Shown: one piece after another, positions 26,615 through 39,960 of the stretch
Numbering within the stretch: position 1 is the stretch's first letter
How the letters are laid out: every line of letters starts with the position of its first letter
Source: Podarcis gaigeae
Lineage: Eukaryota
DNA length: 64,000 bases
Reading direction: 5' to 3' (one strand)
NCBI GenBank assembly: GCA_964106915.2
Contig: OZ066914.1
The notes under the pieces: generated by a model
What the model was told of the DNA's origin: nothing
The model's input: only the letters and a program-made list of their open reading frames with translations
The model's database searches: none
Made by a program: the position numbers and the translations under genes

Positions 26615-29600
26615 AGTGGACTTTCATTATCTTCCCTGCATTTAAAAATATGAAGACAAAGGACTATCAACACCACAGTGTAGCACAGGAAACTTTTGCT
26701 GTTTGTTGAAATGATTAAAATGTTTTATACCAGTGGTATAAAACTCTAAGATGATAGAGCATTTTGTCAAGTTAAATATAAATTATAAGTAAGCATTATT
26801 TGTCTGAGGGAAAACATTGTGAGAATGCAGTTTTGCTCAATACTGTTATTAGGCTGTTCCAAATTGCTTGTGTTAGCAGTTAGGCATTTAAGACGGGACA
26901 AATCAGCTGTAGAGCCAAAATAAGCCTCTGCTTTTCTTAATTAAGCTTTTTTTAATTAAGGGGGGGGGAGTGGAAGGGACTGCACAGATAATCAAGCATT
27001 TGAGACAGCCTTGTAATGAGTTGGCCTATAGATCCACCTTTCTGAGCTTTCCCAACCTTGTGCTCTCCAGATGTTATTAAAACCCCATCATCCCTGGCCA
27101 TTGGCCACATTGGCTGGGGGGTGAGGAGCACTGGGAGTCCATTCATAAGTGGAGGGCACAAAGGTTTTTTAATATCTAGGTGATATCTGGTTCCGAGGGA
27201 CCTTTTAGCTTTTCTAATCCTAAGAAGAGCCCTACTGAGTTAAACCAAAGGCCTTTTGAGTCCAGCATCCTGTTGGCCAATTAGATGAATGTGGAAAGCC
27301 CATGTAACAAAACAAAACAAAAACAGGAGTTGATTTATCAGTATGTCAGTGACGACAAGCCTACTGTGTGAAAACATATCAGAAATGTTAAAGCTGAGCC
27401 CCAAGGTTCAAAAGCTAGTCTAGCATTGTAGCATACATGTGTGAATCAATAGCAGAGTGGGCATTTGCTTGAGCATTGCAAGGCTCATACCTAGGAGAAA
27501 CTTGCTTCCTTGTTGCTTTTCAGTTTATGCACGGAGGCCTCAGCCTGTAGCATTGTTGGCCAGCCGATCAAACCAGAAGATCATTGATATGTCTCCCACT
27601 GAAAAAGAAAAGTAGAGGCTGGCATCTCTTACACAACACAGAAGCAGAAGGGTGAGTGTTATATGAAAAATGCTATGAAAAAAGACCTTTCAGCCACATT
27701 TTAAATTTTAACAGGATTTATATAAGTGGCAACAGCTTACTTTTTAGCCTTAAGGGCTTGGGTAACAACAGATAAAAGCTTCTGAAATGTTTATTGTCTC
27801 TCTCCTTCTTTTTTTAACCTTATCTATACAGAATTAATGACTCTTTCCTTTGGAATCTTACCTTGAGTGCCTAACAGATATCTCTTAGGGCTTTGGGAAA
27901 TGTGTTGATAGGGGCTTCATACCCAAGGACTTTAAAGTACAATATAAATCGCAGACTGCCCCCCCTTCCCTCCCACGAATATTGCTTTTAACCTGAACCC
28001 ATCAGCTTCTACTGCAGTGTAGAGGCTTGTTTGGAAACCACTATAACTGTATCTGTTGTGAGGCAAACAGAGCAAAACTGAACCATCTCCCCACTCATAT
28101 GCTAGCCTGTATCTCTGAAGTAGCCAATAAGTTTTTGGACTACAACACCCATCAGCTCCAGCCCCATCATCAAGGATGATGAGGGACAATGGGTATTGTA
28201 GTCCAACAGCATATGGTTGGCACAGCATTGGCTACTCCTTCTCCAGGGGAATTGATTCTATGATTCTGTCTGCTCCATACTCATTTCAGTGACAAGAGAA
28301 GGAGAGTTTGGAATCTTCCAGGCTTTAAGGCAAGGTGGAAATGTATGGAAGAAGCAGCAGTGGCCCATAGCGTAAAACGATGCTTGCTGGATAACAAGTG
28401 TCACCCAGACTGTGTGGACGTGGGGGCATCTCTTCCCACATGGAACAGGATTTTAGATGACAAGCAATGGCATGTGGAAAGAGGGTTCAGATTATGAGAA
28501 GTTTGGAGCTGCAGGGTGGAGAGCAGGGATGGTGGTAATTAGGAGCTATGGTGGAACCGAAAAAGGGGTTTTGGCAGACAAGTTGTACATTGGGACCATA
28601 CGGTTAGGGCTATTTTATAACCTAGCCGCTAGTCTTACTACCTCCTTTATAAAAGCTTGTGATCCCTGTCCATAAACAAATTAGGCTGTGGCTTCTGAAT
28701 ATCTACTGAGTGGGAAGTTTTTCCTTCCAACAGAGTTGAATTTGCATCCATTTTAGATTCTTCCCCCTTCCATTCACTTAACCGTTTAACATTTTCTGCA
28801 GCTGTGTATTTTATCTTCCATTGGCATAAATAGCTACACACAGAGATCCTAAGATGGCAGCAGCTGCCATCTTCTAGGTCTCCCTTTGACAGTTCTGAGC
28901 CACCCCTGCTGGTCTTTGTGACAAAACCCTCAACCCCCAAAGCTATGAATTTTACAGTAACTCCTGTAACAGGATATGGGTAATGAAATATGAGCACGGA
29001 GGAAGGTTGAAGTGTGATGATGGATTGATCCCTCTGAATCATGTCATCTCCGCCAGCTGTTTTGTAACTAAGTGAAGTGACAAGATCATTAATGCGGACA
29101 TTTTCCTCTAAAAATCCCATCACTATCTTCATTAGCACTGGGTCACTACTGGCTCTCTGCTTTGATTGCTGGTGCTTATTTCAGTTGGGTGGTGAATTTC
29201 AAGCAGCTGAGAAATGCTGCGGTGTGTTTGGCGACTGCAGTTGTTAGCAACTTGAGTACAGGAGGAGTCAGGCAACACGCTGCAATCTCAGCGGAATAGA
29301 TCAGCCAAAGGCCACAGCTAACGGGTAGATTTTGCTGCATGCAATTAACATAATCTGAGCACTGCTTCATGCTTTTTCTTCAACCATTCTCCAAAACATG
29401 AGAAGCTGAAGTGAGGGCTAGCACAGTTTTTTATCTGGTATAGATTGAAATGTGGCGATCTGGGGTTTTTTATTTTTAAAAATCCGAAAAGCCCCCATAT
29501 TCCAGGAAACTAATGAAAAGTTCAGGTCTTCTGGGGCCAGGGGTGAGAAGGGGGTGAGATTCTGGTTCCTGAGAGGGAGAGAGGCTTGTAATCCTCACTC

Positions 29601-29653
29601 TTGCCCATGCAGTCAACAGTGATCAATAAGGGATGAGTATTGGGGGAGGAAAA

Positions 29654-29974
29654 GGACGCGGGTGGCGCTGTGGGTTAAACCACAGAGACTAGGGCTTGCT
29701 GATCAGAAGGTTGGTGGTTCGAATCCCCATGACGGGGTGAGCTCCCGTTGCTCGGTCCCTGCTCCTGCCAACCTAACAGTTCGAAAGCACGTCAAAGTGC
29801 AAGGAGATAAATAGTGTTTTCGTACGCTGCTCTGGTTCTCCAGAAGTGGCTTAGTCATGCTGGCCACATGACCCGGAAGCTGTACGCCGGCTCCCTCGGC
29901 CAATAAAGTGAGATGAGCGTCGCAACCCCAGAGTCGGCCACGACTGGACACAATGGTCAGGGGTCCCTTTACCT
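29654..29974 (+). mobile_element. Sauria SINE with a ~28-nt internal deletion and a 16-bp TSD
   Basis: Full head and ACCTTT-type tail. Exact direct repeat tattgggggaggaaaa at 29638-29653 and 29975-29990. Confidence 0.92.
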
Positions 29975-30037
29975 TATTGGGGGAGGAAAATCCTTGGAGC
30001 TTTTGAAGTGTCTCTGTAGTTTAAGCTTTTTCAGAAC

Positions 30038-30222
30038 TGAACATGGGAAGTTGCCTTGCACTGCATCAGGCCATTGGTCCATCCAGCTTGGTATTATCTA
30101 TACTGACGGGCAGTGGCATTCCAAGACCTCACACAGGGCTGTGTCCCAGCCCTACCCAGAGGTACCTGGGATTTAACCTGGGAGTGTCTGCATGCAAAGC
30201 AGACACTCTGCCACTGAGCTAC
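30038..30222 (-). mobile_element. tRNA-derived SINE with a CR1-type tail (Squam2-like)
   Basis: The reverse strand begins gtagctcagtggcagagtgtctgctttgcatgcag (tRNA-like head). Homologous to the + copy near 43040. Confidence 0.7.
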
Positions 30223-32461
30223 ATCTCGCCCTTTCTGCAGTGCTCAGTGAGGCCAGCAGGGAAGCTGTGTTATGTGTTCTCTTATTGCAATATCTGGTGC
30301 CACCTTCTGTGCCCAGCTGCAAGCACTGCCATATATCGCTGCCTTCTGTGCACTGTAGATACGATACAGTCTTCGTGAGGGAACTATTAGTGAGAATACT
30401 GTATTCTTTATTATGAGGAAGATTGGAATACTTAAATCACGGCAGGTCATCCTTTTGTTTGGAGAAATAGCTGCAGTTCCAGTGAGTTATGTGTTCCGTT
30501 GTTGTAATTTTTTTTAGCCAATTGTAATATCTCAAGCTCTGTTCAAATAACTGTTCGCAATGTAGAATTACATTTTGCTTATGTGTGCATGTTTTATTTC
30601 CCCGCCCCCACCACACACAGGAGTATCTACAAGGTTGCTGCCATGCAAATAGTAGGGGGACATACACAAAAACTACAGTTTTTCTTGGAGAAAGCTTAGC
30701 CTCCCCCTTTCAAGCTAGTTGAGCAGCATTGAAACATAGCAAGTTGTGCTTAAATGAAATAGCTGCCACCCCACATCTGAGCAGAGTGAATGCAAGGCTA
30801 TTTTCAACTGGAGACATTCAAGCTCTGGGTTCCATCAAAGCTCAGAAGCTGCTTCTCATGGTGTGAAGGGATGAGGCATAGTTGTTGTTTTTTAACATGC
30901 AGTTGCTTTGCACCAAATTAATGAAGGTCAAATGGGATGGGCAGTTCACTCTGTTTCTGGTCTATGCTGGTTTCTCATGTCTGTATGTGGTGGTGCTGGT
31001 TCTTGTATACTGTATTTCTTTCATCAGATGAAGAAATTAATAGCTAGCATATGGAAAAAATGGGGGAGGGGGAGATACAAAACACAAATGGTCATGTGCC
31101 CTAGGTGTAAAGTTAACCTGGTTCATTCTTAAAAATAAACCCATGGCTTGGTTTTCTATAGTACTAGGGATTCAGGTAATAGATGTACTTCATACATCTT
31201 CATACTGATGAGTGATCAGTCCCTCTTTCTGCATTGCAAAATAAATTGCAAAAGGAAGCGCTGTTTGGAAACAGCATCAAGCAAATTTAAAAAGGGGAAG
31301 AAATAAACCAGAAATGGTTTCTGTGCAGAGCATGCAATCAGCCAGAGAAATTAACTCCTGCATGGGGTCATAAAGTCAAAGACCACAGCTGGTTCAAAAA
31401 TGGCTGAATAATTGGCCCGTAATAACACTTATGATTGTGTGCCTTAGCGTAATATAATCAAGACTCATGCTTGAGGGGTTTAGCTGATTGGTGTCAGAGT
31501 GAATGATCCTGCTTTTGCATCCCATTTCTAGGGTTGTTCCAATGCCTCTAGAACCTTGGCAGTTTTCTAGTTGTACCTATGGAAGATTCTTGGACATGAT
31601 TGTTGGAAAAAACCTATGAAAGTGTAGATTTATGACAAAAAGGCTTTTAACTGCTTATAAAATTAAATGCAACAAAATGTGTGTAGCAGGGTAGGTTTTA
31701 TATTATTAAAATGGGACTTTAGTTATTTATTTATTTGGATGTATATTCCACTAAATAAAAAGACCTTCAGGGAGGCTTTCAATAAACAATAGTGTTTTTT
31801 TTAAAAAAAATCCATAAAATGTTAACACTGATTTAAAACCCAGTTAAAACTTTAAAGTGATACATAAGCAGTAAAATGAGCCTGAATGTTTGTTAACCTC
31901 TCCCTCCAAAAACTTCTGGAGTCGAAACATCTTGATGAGTTTTCTGTAGGTGTATATGGAATGAGTCTGGCAAGGATTTCCAGAGGGAGGGCATCACCCA
32001 TTGAGAAAAGCCCAGCCCCTCTCTTTAATCCTTCCTGAGAAGACTCCTGTGTCGGGATAAGGTCAGGCTTGCCCATTTGCATTGTCTAATAGAACTCAAT
32101 GGGAGAACAAAATCAACCCGTATCTGCATAAGCACCTTGGGTTACATTTCCTTCATCACATTAGAAAAGCCTTTTCCAGTCCAGGTCCCCAGATATTGTT
32201 GGACCATAACTCCCATCATCCTGACCACTGGCCATCCTCACCACTGGCTGAAGGGAGATGTAGGCCAACAACATATGGGGACACAAGTTTGCAGAAGGTT
32301 GGGCTATTAAGAACAAGCATCAGATAAATTGAATCACCATGATAAAACCAAAGATCTGTCTAGCCTGCCTTTTCCAGACAAGCCTCCCTAGGAAGGGAGT
32401 GCCGGGCACAGCTACTAATGAAAAAAAAGTGCTAGAATGTGACAGGGCCCAAGAACAGGTA

Positions 32462-32690
32462 CAGTGGTACCTCGGGTTACAGACGCTTCAGGTTACTACT
32501 CCACTAACCCAGAAATAGTACCTTGGGTTAATTACTTTGCTTCAGGATGAGAACAGAAATCATGCAGCGGCAGCGGGAGGCTCCATTAGCTAAAGTGGTA
32601 CCTCAGGTTAAGATACCTCAGGATAAGAACATTTTCAGGTAAAGAATGGACCTCAAGAATGAATTAAGTTCTTAACCTGAGGTACCACTG
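32462..32690. mobile_element. Tc1/mariner MITE of the same family as 3491-3716, in opposite orientation
   Basis: TIRs cagtggtacctc and gaggtaccactg with a TA TSD. The internal sequence is largely the reverse complement of the 3491 copy. Confidence 0.88.
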
Positions 32691-34026
32691 TACTTATCTA
32701 TATGGAATTCTGGCTGTGATGAGAAATCAGTGCTTCAAATGGAATATGCATACAATAGGTAGGTTGTGTTTGTGAGACAATTGTGTAGGGAGCCTTAACT
32801 GTGTTTATTATGATATTGTTATTTATTGTGTGTAAGCCACTTTGAGATTCATTTGAATGAAAAGTGGCATAGAAATATAATAAATCAAATCAACCTGGAG
32901 GAAAGTGATGAGCTAGTGGAGGCAGGGCTTGGCAGCACTCTCTGTTGGCATGTGTGCTTACACGTGAGTAGAATTAATGCCCAAATAGGGCTAAGATGCC
33001 TGGATAACACTTTACAGAGCTGATTTGTGTTTTTGAAACTTTTTAGAAGTCTAAGCTTTCTGTGATTTACTGCTCTTGGTGGATGTGTGTTGTATGTTTT
33101 TGTTTTTAGTATGTGTGTGTGTTTATTTGTTGCCTTATTCAGGCAATAAGACTGTGGGGCTTGTAGCAAATTCTGAAAGTTACAGGGTGAACTTTTCTTT
33201 GACCATCAGTATTCTGCAACACAGGCATCAGATAACTTGACTTTAAAATTTGAATGCTCTTTGGTGGTCCAAAGAGCAATGCCGATGGATGTCATGCAGC
33301 GTGGCTGGAGCCACTGACAGAATAGGATGATATTGATGCAGTAACCCACTGCATGCTAAAATGTTATCTGAACCTGTGAAAAGTTTGAAAGTAGCTCAAA
33401 GCGTTTTTTTTTATCAGTGTTCTTTTTCCTTCCTTCTTTTTAAAGTTTCACAAATGCCATGCATAGGCTGCACACATTCAAATACAAAGAAAGGTTTCTT
33501 AGACTTCTGAAGACACTCTTCTACTAGTAGCAATGCCCGTTCAGCCTGCAGTCTCCAGAAAATAGTCCCCCCCCCCCCCGCAAAAAAAAATCCCAATAGA
33601 ACCACACCATCCCTCCATGCCCTTTTATGCACTTTTCTTTATCCCAACTCTGGGCATGATGTTCCCTGATTAGCTCTCCATGCTTCTTCCCTTAGTGATG
33701 TCCTCTTTATCACTACCCTTGGAAGCCAGTGGGATCCTAATACTGGCTGAGTAGCTACAAGCAATAGCAGGATTAGCTCACTGGAGTAGGAATTAGGGCC
33801 GTGCAGCAAAGGGGGCTAAGAACATACTACTTTTAGATGTTAGGTGTTAGAACCAAGACGTAGTTTGATGGCAGGGTTTCAGGGTTTAGTGCACGATGGT
33901 CAGTCATGACAGCAGCCCCAGTGACCACATGCCACCTTCACTTGCACACGATTCACATATTGTACGCTTGTTGAATGTAACATGATTGCCACTCCTGATA
34001 GTCACTTCCACTGCACTGCATTAAGG

Positions 34027-34244
34027 TAGGGCTGCCATACATCTGGAATTTCCCGGACGTAACCAGGATTCGTCTGTTGAAAATGGAGTCTAGGCATAAT
34101 TTTCAAAAACTGGCAAAAATGTCTGGTAAAAACTTCAAGTTTGGGGGGGAAGATTTTGCAAAAAAGGCTCAGCAACTTTGCCCCCCCCAAAACCCCCAGA
34201 ACTTTTGTGTCCAGATTTTCACTTTTTGAAATATGGCAACCCTA
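34027..34244. mobile_element. hAT-like MITE (tagggttgcca TIR)
   Basis: Inverted termini tagggctgccata and tatggcaacccta. TSD not clean. Confidence 0.65.
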
Positions 34245-36688
34245 ATTAAACCAGTGAAGGAAAGCGCTCTAAATGACTCCTCTATAGGGTATCCTATGGG
34301 TCTTTTGACTTACTCAGTTTTCTAGCTTACCTCAACTTGCAGAATACATCTTAGAAGGGTTTCCGTGGCAAATAGTAGAGACAGATATGTCTCTCTTATT
34401 GGGCACTGGTATTTTTTCAGGCATAATTAGATTAGAATGCATAACACAAATCTGATGGGGCTCGCTTGTGAACTCACTAGTTTAAGCATTCATTCTCTCT
34501 TTTACTCCTTGTACATACAAGAGCTAAGTTCATTTTCAGCCGCAAGCTTTCGTTTATGGGAATTTGCCCTCCTAAGTGTTGCATGGTGTTAAATTTACTT
34601 CTAGTATAAACAAATTAACAAAACTGATGCTGTGCATTAGAATCTGGTGTTGTAATTCTCTTAAGTGTTAGGCATTTATTGATTTGGTTGCACATTATGC
34701 TTCGTGTTTGACCCGTTGGAAGTTGAGGAGCGTGCACTTGGAGGGTTTGCCTTGAAGGGTTAATTTCATTTTGTTCCTATTCCCAGCAACTGTCAAAGGT
34801 GTTGAAACATTGGGTATTTATCTTCTTGATAAATGCTGCCCATTTGGATTTGATCAGAGCACTTTCAATTTATTCCTGCCAGGGTGAAGTTAGACATCAA
34901 GATCTAGAGCGATAGGGAAAAGGAATTCCATTATGACAAGAAAGGTCTACCAAACCTTGTCTGGAAGCAAACAGAGGGATGGGACAGCAAATTCAACTTG
35001 GCTGTTGCTGAATGTAGATTATAAAGCAGTTCAATAGTTGAGAAACCAATAAAGAAACACAAGCGTTATCTTACTTCATTTAATGTGCCGTAGGTTGTTC
35101 CTCAGCGATAGGTTATCAAAGTAATTATTTTCTTGGGCTTACATAAGTTACATGTGATTGTGTCAATTCACATATTGAAAGGTTTACTCTATGAAAGTAA
35201 TTTGGGGGAGATTTTAGAATATGTTTCCCAGTTTGAAACTGTTATTAGCACACTTTGATTTTAGTTACAATTAAAGATTCTAAGAAATATGATGCCATAA
35301 TTATTCTGTTATGTATTATAATCATGATTCCCACTAAAAGCTTTGGGGATAATAGCAACTTTTAAGATCAACACTTTCTGAAGAGCCAAGGTTATTAAGT
35401 TTTCTTTCTCGAGTTTGGTTTAATTGTGATTATCCTCCTAGTGAGCCTTCATGCTGATATGATTCCATAAAACTTGCATGGAAGTTCTTCAGTGTTGCCT
35501 GTTTATATATGAGATTGCCAGGTTGTTATCCCTCACTTTCCTGTGCAATTTTCTGATACCCTTCTTATCTTCCCCCTTTTTTTGCAGTTAGAAAAGTGAC
35601 ACCATGATTGCGCTAGAAAGTGTGGGATAGCAGCCAGATTTTGTGTGAATAAACAGCCTTCCCGATAGCACCCATCGCCTGTTATCTTGTAAGCAAGGAC
35701 TGGGCTTTGCAACGTTTTGTTCATTTGCAAGTTTTGTTGTGTTGAAAGGGGACTGTGGGAAGGAATTCAATAGAGAGAGAAAGAGTGAAATGTAAATAGT
35801 AAGGATGACCCAAGTTTGACTGAGTTTCCAGATAAGTAATAAATATATTTATTAAGCAGTGACCGGGAAGTATGTGTGGTTTAGACCAAGGTTGGGGAAT
35901 ATTTTTGAGCCTGAGGGCTGGATCAAGAAATGACCCACACTCTAGTGACCCTAAGTGGCAGGTGGGCAGATCCACTCCATCAATCACCAGACTTCATCAT
36001 GACGTCAGATGACAACTTCAAAGGAGCTCATCGTCAGCGCCAATCAGCTGACAAAAGCTAACAGTGTGCTTGGCTTTGTCCATTTGCAGGAACGGATTGG
36101 ATTCAAATGTGCCTGCAAATGGGCATTTCTCCTCTGAAGTCTAGCAGAGCTGTCTGTAAAAGAAAAATGTCAGTTTGCAGGCACGGCTTGAATCCAAATA
36201 GCACCTGCCCATGGACTAATTCAATGTCAGTGCCAATCAGCTAATAGCTGGTTTAGAGTTAGCTTTGCAGGTCAAACCTGTTGATTATAGCTCCAAGGCC
36301 AGAAGAGAGAAGGCCTTGCTCCTGGGAAACGATAATCCAGCCTCACCAGAATATGGAAATGTGAGTAGGGCCACAGTGGCAATTCTTTAAACCCTGTAGC
36401 ACAGGATGTTCATATGGGGGAAGGTGTTCCTTGAAATGATCAGGGCTTAGATCATGTAGAACATCAAAGGTTAGGAAAACCAAAACCAAAAAAGCACATT
36501 GAATTAAGGCCCAAACCCAACTGTGTTAGCCTATGTAGGTGTTTCAGAATAGGTACAATATCTTTGCTCCTTAGCTCTCAATCATTTAATAATCTATGGG
36601 CAGCAACATTCTGTGCTAACTAAAGTTGGCAGCTCATTCTCTTGTATGTGACCATGTGGATGAAATGAGGCATGATTCATCCATGGCT

Positions 36689-37075
36689 GGGACATGGGTG
36701 GCGCTGTGGGTTAAACCACAGAGCCTAGGACTTGCTGATCAGAAGGTCGGCGGTTCGAATCCCCCGTGATGGGGTGAGCTCCCGTTGCTCAGTCCCTGCT
36801 CCTGCCAACCTAGAAGTTCAAAAGCACGTCAAAGTGCAAGTAGATAAATAGGTGGGAAGGTAAACGGCACCTGGTGGTGAACCACCGCTCTGGTGGGAAG
36901 GTAAACGGCATTTCTATGTGCTGCTCTGGTTCGCCAGAAGTGGCTTAGTCATGGTGGCCACATGACCCGGAAGCTGTACGCCGGCTCCCTCAGCCAATAA
37001 AGCGAGATGAGCGCCACAACCCTAGAGTCGGCCATGACTGGACCTAATGGTCAGGGGTCCCTTTACCTTTACCTT
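36689..37075 (+). mobile_element. Sauria SINE, full length, with an internal insertion
   Basis: Same head and body as the other copies, with tail ctttacctttacctt. Confidence 0.92.
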
Positions 37076-39246
37076 AACCTAGTTTAGTGTTGCAGGAATG
37101 ATCCTAGGGCTTGCCTGCTTTTTACATACAATATGCGGCAGCAATTGTGTGTGCACATATGGCAGAACAACAACGGCTCCCAGCTCCCTGCTATTGGTGC
37201 ACTTGCCTTGGGCTGGATTGCAACCGCATTTGCAGCATGCATACATCACATTGCTTGGAATTGCCCCTGGATGTCTAGCTAGTCTGATACGACATGTGTT
37301 TGGGCTGATCGTTGGTATTTGCTGAGAGCCCATTGCGGTGCTTTGAAGACCCGACAGCTGGTTGTCATGGTTTCAAGGCACCGTGCACACAAGATGGTTG
37401 AATTTTCAAGCCTTGTGGGCAAAAATGCGTCACCTGACATCAGGTGATTTACAGGTGGGCCACTTGGCCAGAACGGGGGAACTAAGAATCTGGCCTGCTG
37501 AACAAATGCTGTTGCTCACCTCTGGTGGAGATAGTACTGAGCTTGATGGACCTAGTATAAGGCAGTTTCCTGTGCTTGTCACCCCAGTAAGGAGCTGTCT
37601 ACATTACATTTCACCTTTTGAGTTAGCCTGCCTTCCAAGAAAATGTCACCTGTAATTGATTCCTGCATTGACTAGGGTCAGATAAAGGAGGGAAAAGTTT
37701 GGATTTGGTTTACAGACGTGAGGCTTCTACTCACATAAAACCATCCATAGTCATATAAAGCTGGGAAGTGGCAGCACAGAGGCTGCAAATTTGGCGTTTA
37801 GAGTCACAAGGATTCTGAGCTTCTGTCTTTAACAAGCATCCCGTTACCAATATTGATAATGATGGGGCTAATTCATCCTGCCTGCTGCACCTGTTAAAGC
37901 AAGTGAGTATACCTGACATAGTCCTTGGCTACTTGCTTTTAGTGTGTCTCTGCAAGATAACTTTTTTTAATGTGGTAAACATTGTCTGTCTTTGCAGTGT
38001 GTAGGACTCCTCCATCACACAGAAGTACTTAAGATTAAAGCCTTAATATTTAATAAGCTCTCTATTGTTATATGGAGAGTGTGCCAATGTGAAATTGGGC
38101 AGGCAGCTCTGTGGATTAATGGAAATGGGCAGCAGGGTTTAAAAGCCCCCCGTGATAATCTGTAAATATGCTTAGGCACTGTCTCTCTGCAGCACCGCTG
38201 GGGAATCCTTCTCTTTCCCTATTTCATGAATATAAATCATCTTTGCAATTCCTGGGCATCATTACCTGCTTGCCATGTGGGATTTTGGGAACATTATTAG
38301 TTTGTATGAGGGCATCTGCTCAACCTGAGCATGGATGTAATTCCTTCACCTCCTAAAATCCTGATGCTTATTAAGTGGTATCATGGAAACAATTGTCAGC
38401 GAGTTTTAAAAAGGAGAAGGGGTGAGAATGAGTAAAGCAATCTCTGGCACTTTAAAATAAGCAGAGCCACTCACTATGTGGCGACATGAATAAGCAGACA
38501 GGCAATCTGATATGAAAGCCGAGATAAATCTAGAGAGATTTGAGGGATATTCAGGATGCATATCAGTTTTAAGCCTTATGCATTGAGTGGTCCTCCCTGT
38601 TTATAGCAGCTTCCACTTTCTAGGTTAGACATCCCTGTACTGCCTGGCTTCAGGTAGGGATGCCTATGATACCGCCAAAGAGTAAATGATGCTTTCCAGA
38701 ATAAATGAACCCAAAATTGCCAATATAGTTCTCAGAACAATTAAATGCAAATTCTCTGCTATGCTTCCACAAGATTACTATGCATATATTTATGCGGAGT
38801 GCTGGCACTTTCAATTTACATTTCAATTTTGCATTTAATGCACTGTAAAGCATTGAGCGAAACAGTAGTATCAGAGGAAGTGCCGGCTAAATTAGAAAGA
38901 GAAAGCCTTGTGCACCCTCAGCAATAACAATAGAAGTGTCATCTATTATTTCCGTTTATATGCAGCAATATCTCTTCCCGTAAACAAGGCACTGGAGCAT
39001 TCAATTAATCAATAGAGCAGAATGACTGAATATCCTTAGAGTCTGTTTTCTTTGTTAGGTCTCTGCATGGCAAGTGGTGCGAGGACTGACCAACCCACAG
39101 TGGCGGAGGTGGCAGTCCCTGCACTGGCTTCTGCTGTGAATTTGTGAGGAAGTAGTACAGTCTTTGATCTGACTCATGTGGCCTCCCACTCTTTGCTTGT
39201 GCTTCCCAGTTGCGCTGTACATCACCATTTCTCTCTTTAAAAAGGT

Positions 39247-39617
39247 ATGATGTGGGTGGCGCTGTGGTGTAAACCATTGAGCCTTGGGCTTGCCAGTCGG
39301 AAGGTTGGCGGTTCAAATCCCTGATACAGGGTGAGCTCCCATTGTTTGGTCCCAGCTCCTGCCAACCTAGCAGTTTGAAAGCACCTCAAAGTGCAAGTAG
39401 ATAAATAGGCACAGCTCCAGCGGGAAGGTAAATGGTGTTTCCGTGCGCTGCTCTGGTTTCGCCAGAAGCGGCTTAGTCATGCTGGCCACATGACCTGGAA
39501 AAAAACTGTCTGCGGACAAACGTCGGCTCCCTCAGCCAGTAAAGTGAGATGAGTGCCACAACCCCAGAGTCGCTCGCGACTGGACTTAACTGTCAGGGGT
39601 CCTTTAACTTTACCTTT
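39247..39617 (+). mobile_element. Sauria SINE, more diverged copy or subfamily
   Basis: gtgggtggcgctgtggtgtaaacc...ggggtcctttaactttaccttt. Confidence 0.88.
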
Positions 39618-39885
39618 TAGTACAGTCTTTGCCCTGCCTCGTGTGGCCTCCCACTAGCAGAGTTTGTTTTATTTGGTATGTTTGTTTTTTGTTTTGTTTT
39701 TAAAATGCTAGGCCTCTGTCCATCTTAGACTGGGAGAGGAAAACATTTCCTATGAAGGGCAATTGACCTATGGGGAATGTTAATTGTGGGGTCTGCAGCC
39801 AGTGGTGGGTGCAGTTTACAACATTGCAGGATTGTGTGACTTTTTATTTATATATTCTACTTTATCCCATCTCTACCTCTACCTC

Positions 39886-39888
<3 letters not shown>

Positions 39889-39958
<70 letters not shown>
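39889..39958. repeat. Compound (CT)n(CA)n microsatellite preceded by CTCTAC repeats
   Basis: Directly visible. Confidence 0.95.

Positions 39959-39960
<2 letters not shown>

Noticed and set aside
28647-29138. 163-aa minus-strand ORF in the intergenic region
   Set aside because: No recognisable domain, a non-ATG start in the track and no supporting exon structure. An ORF this long can arise by chance in 64 kb.
29654-29730. tRNA-like A/B boxes considered as tRNA genes
   Set aside because: They are SINE heads, continuous with the SINE body, tail and TSD.
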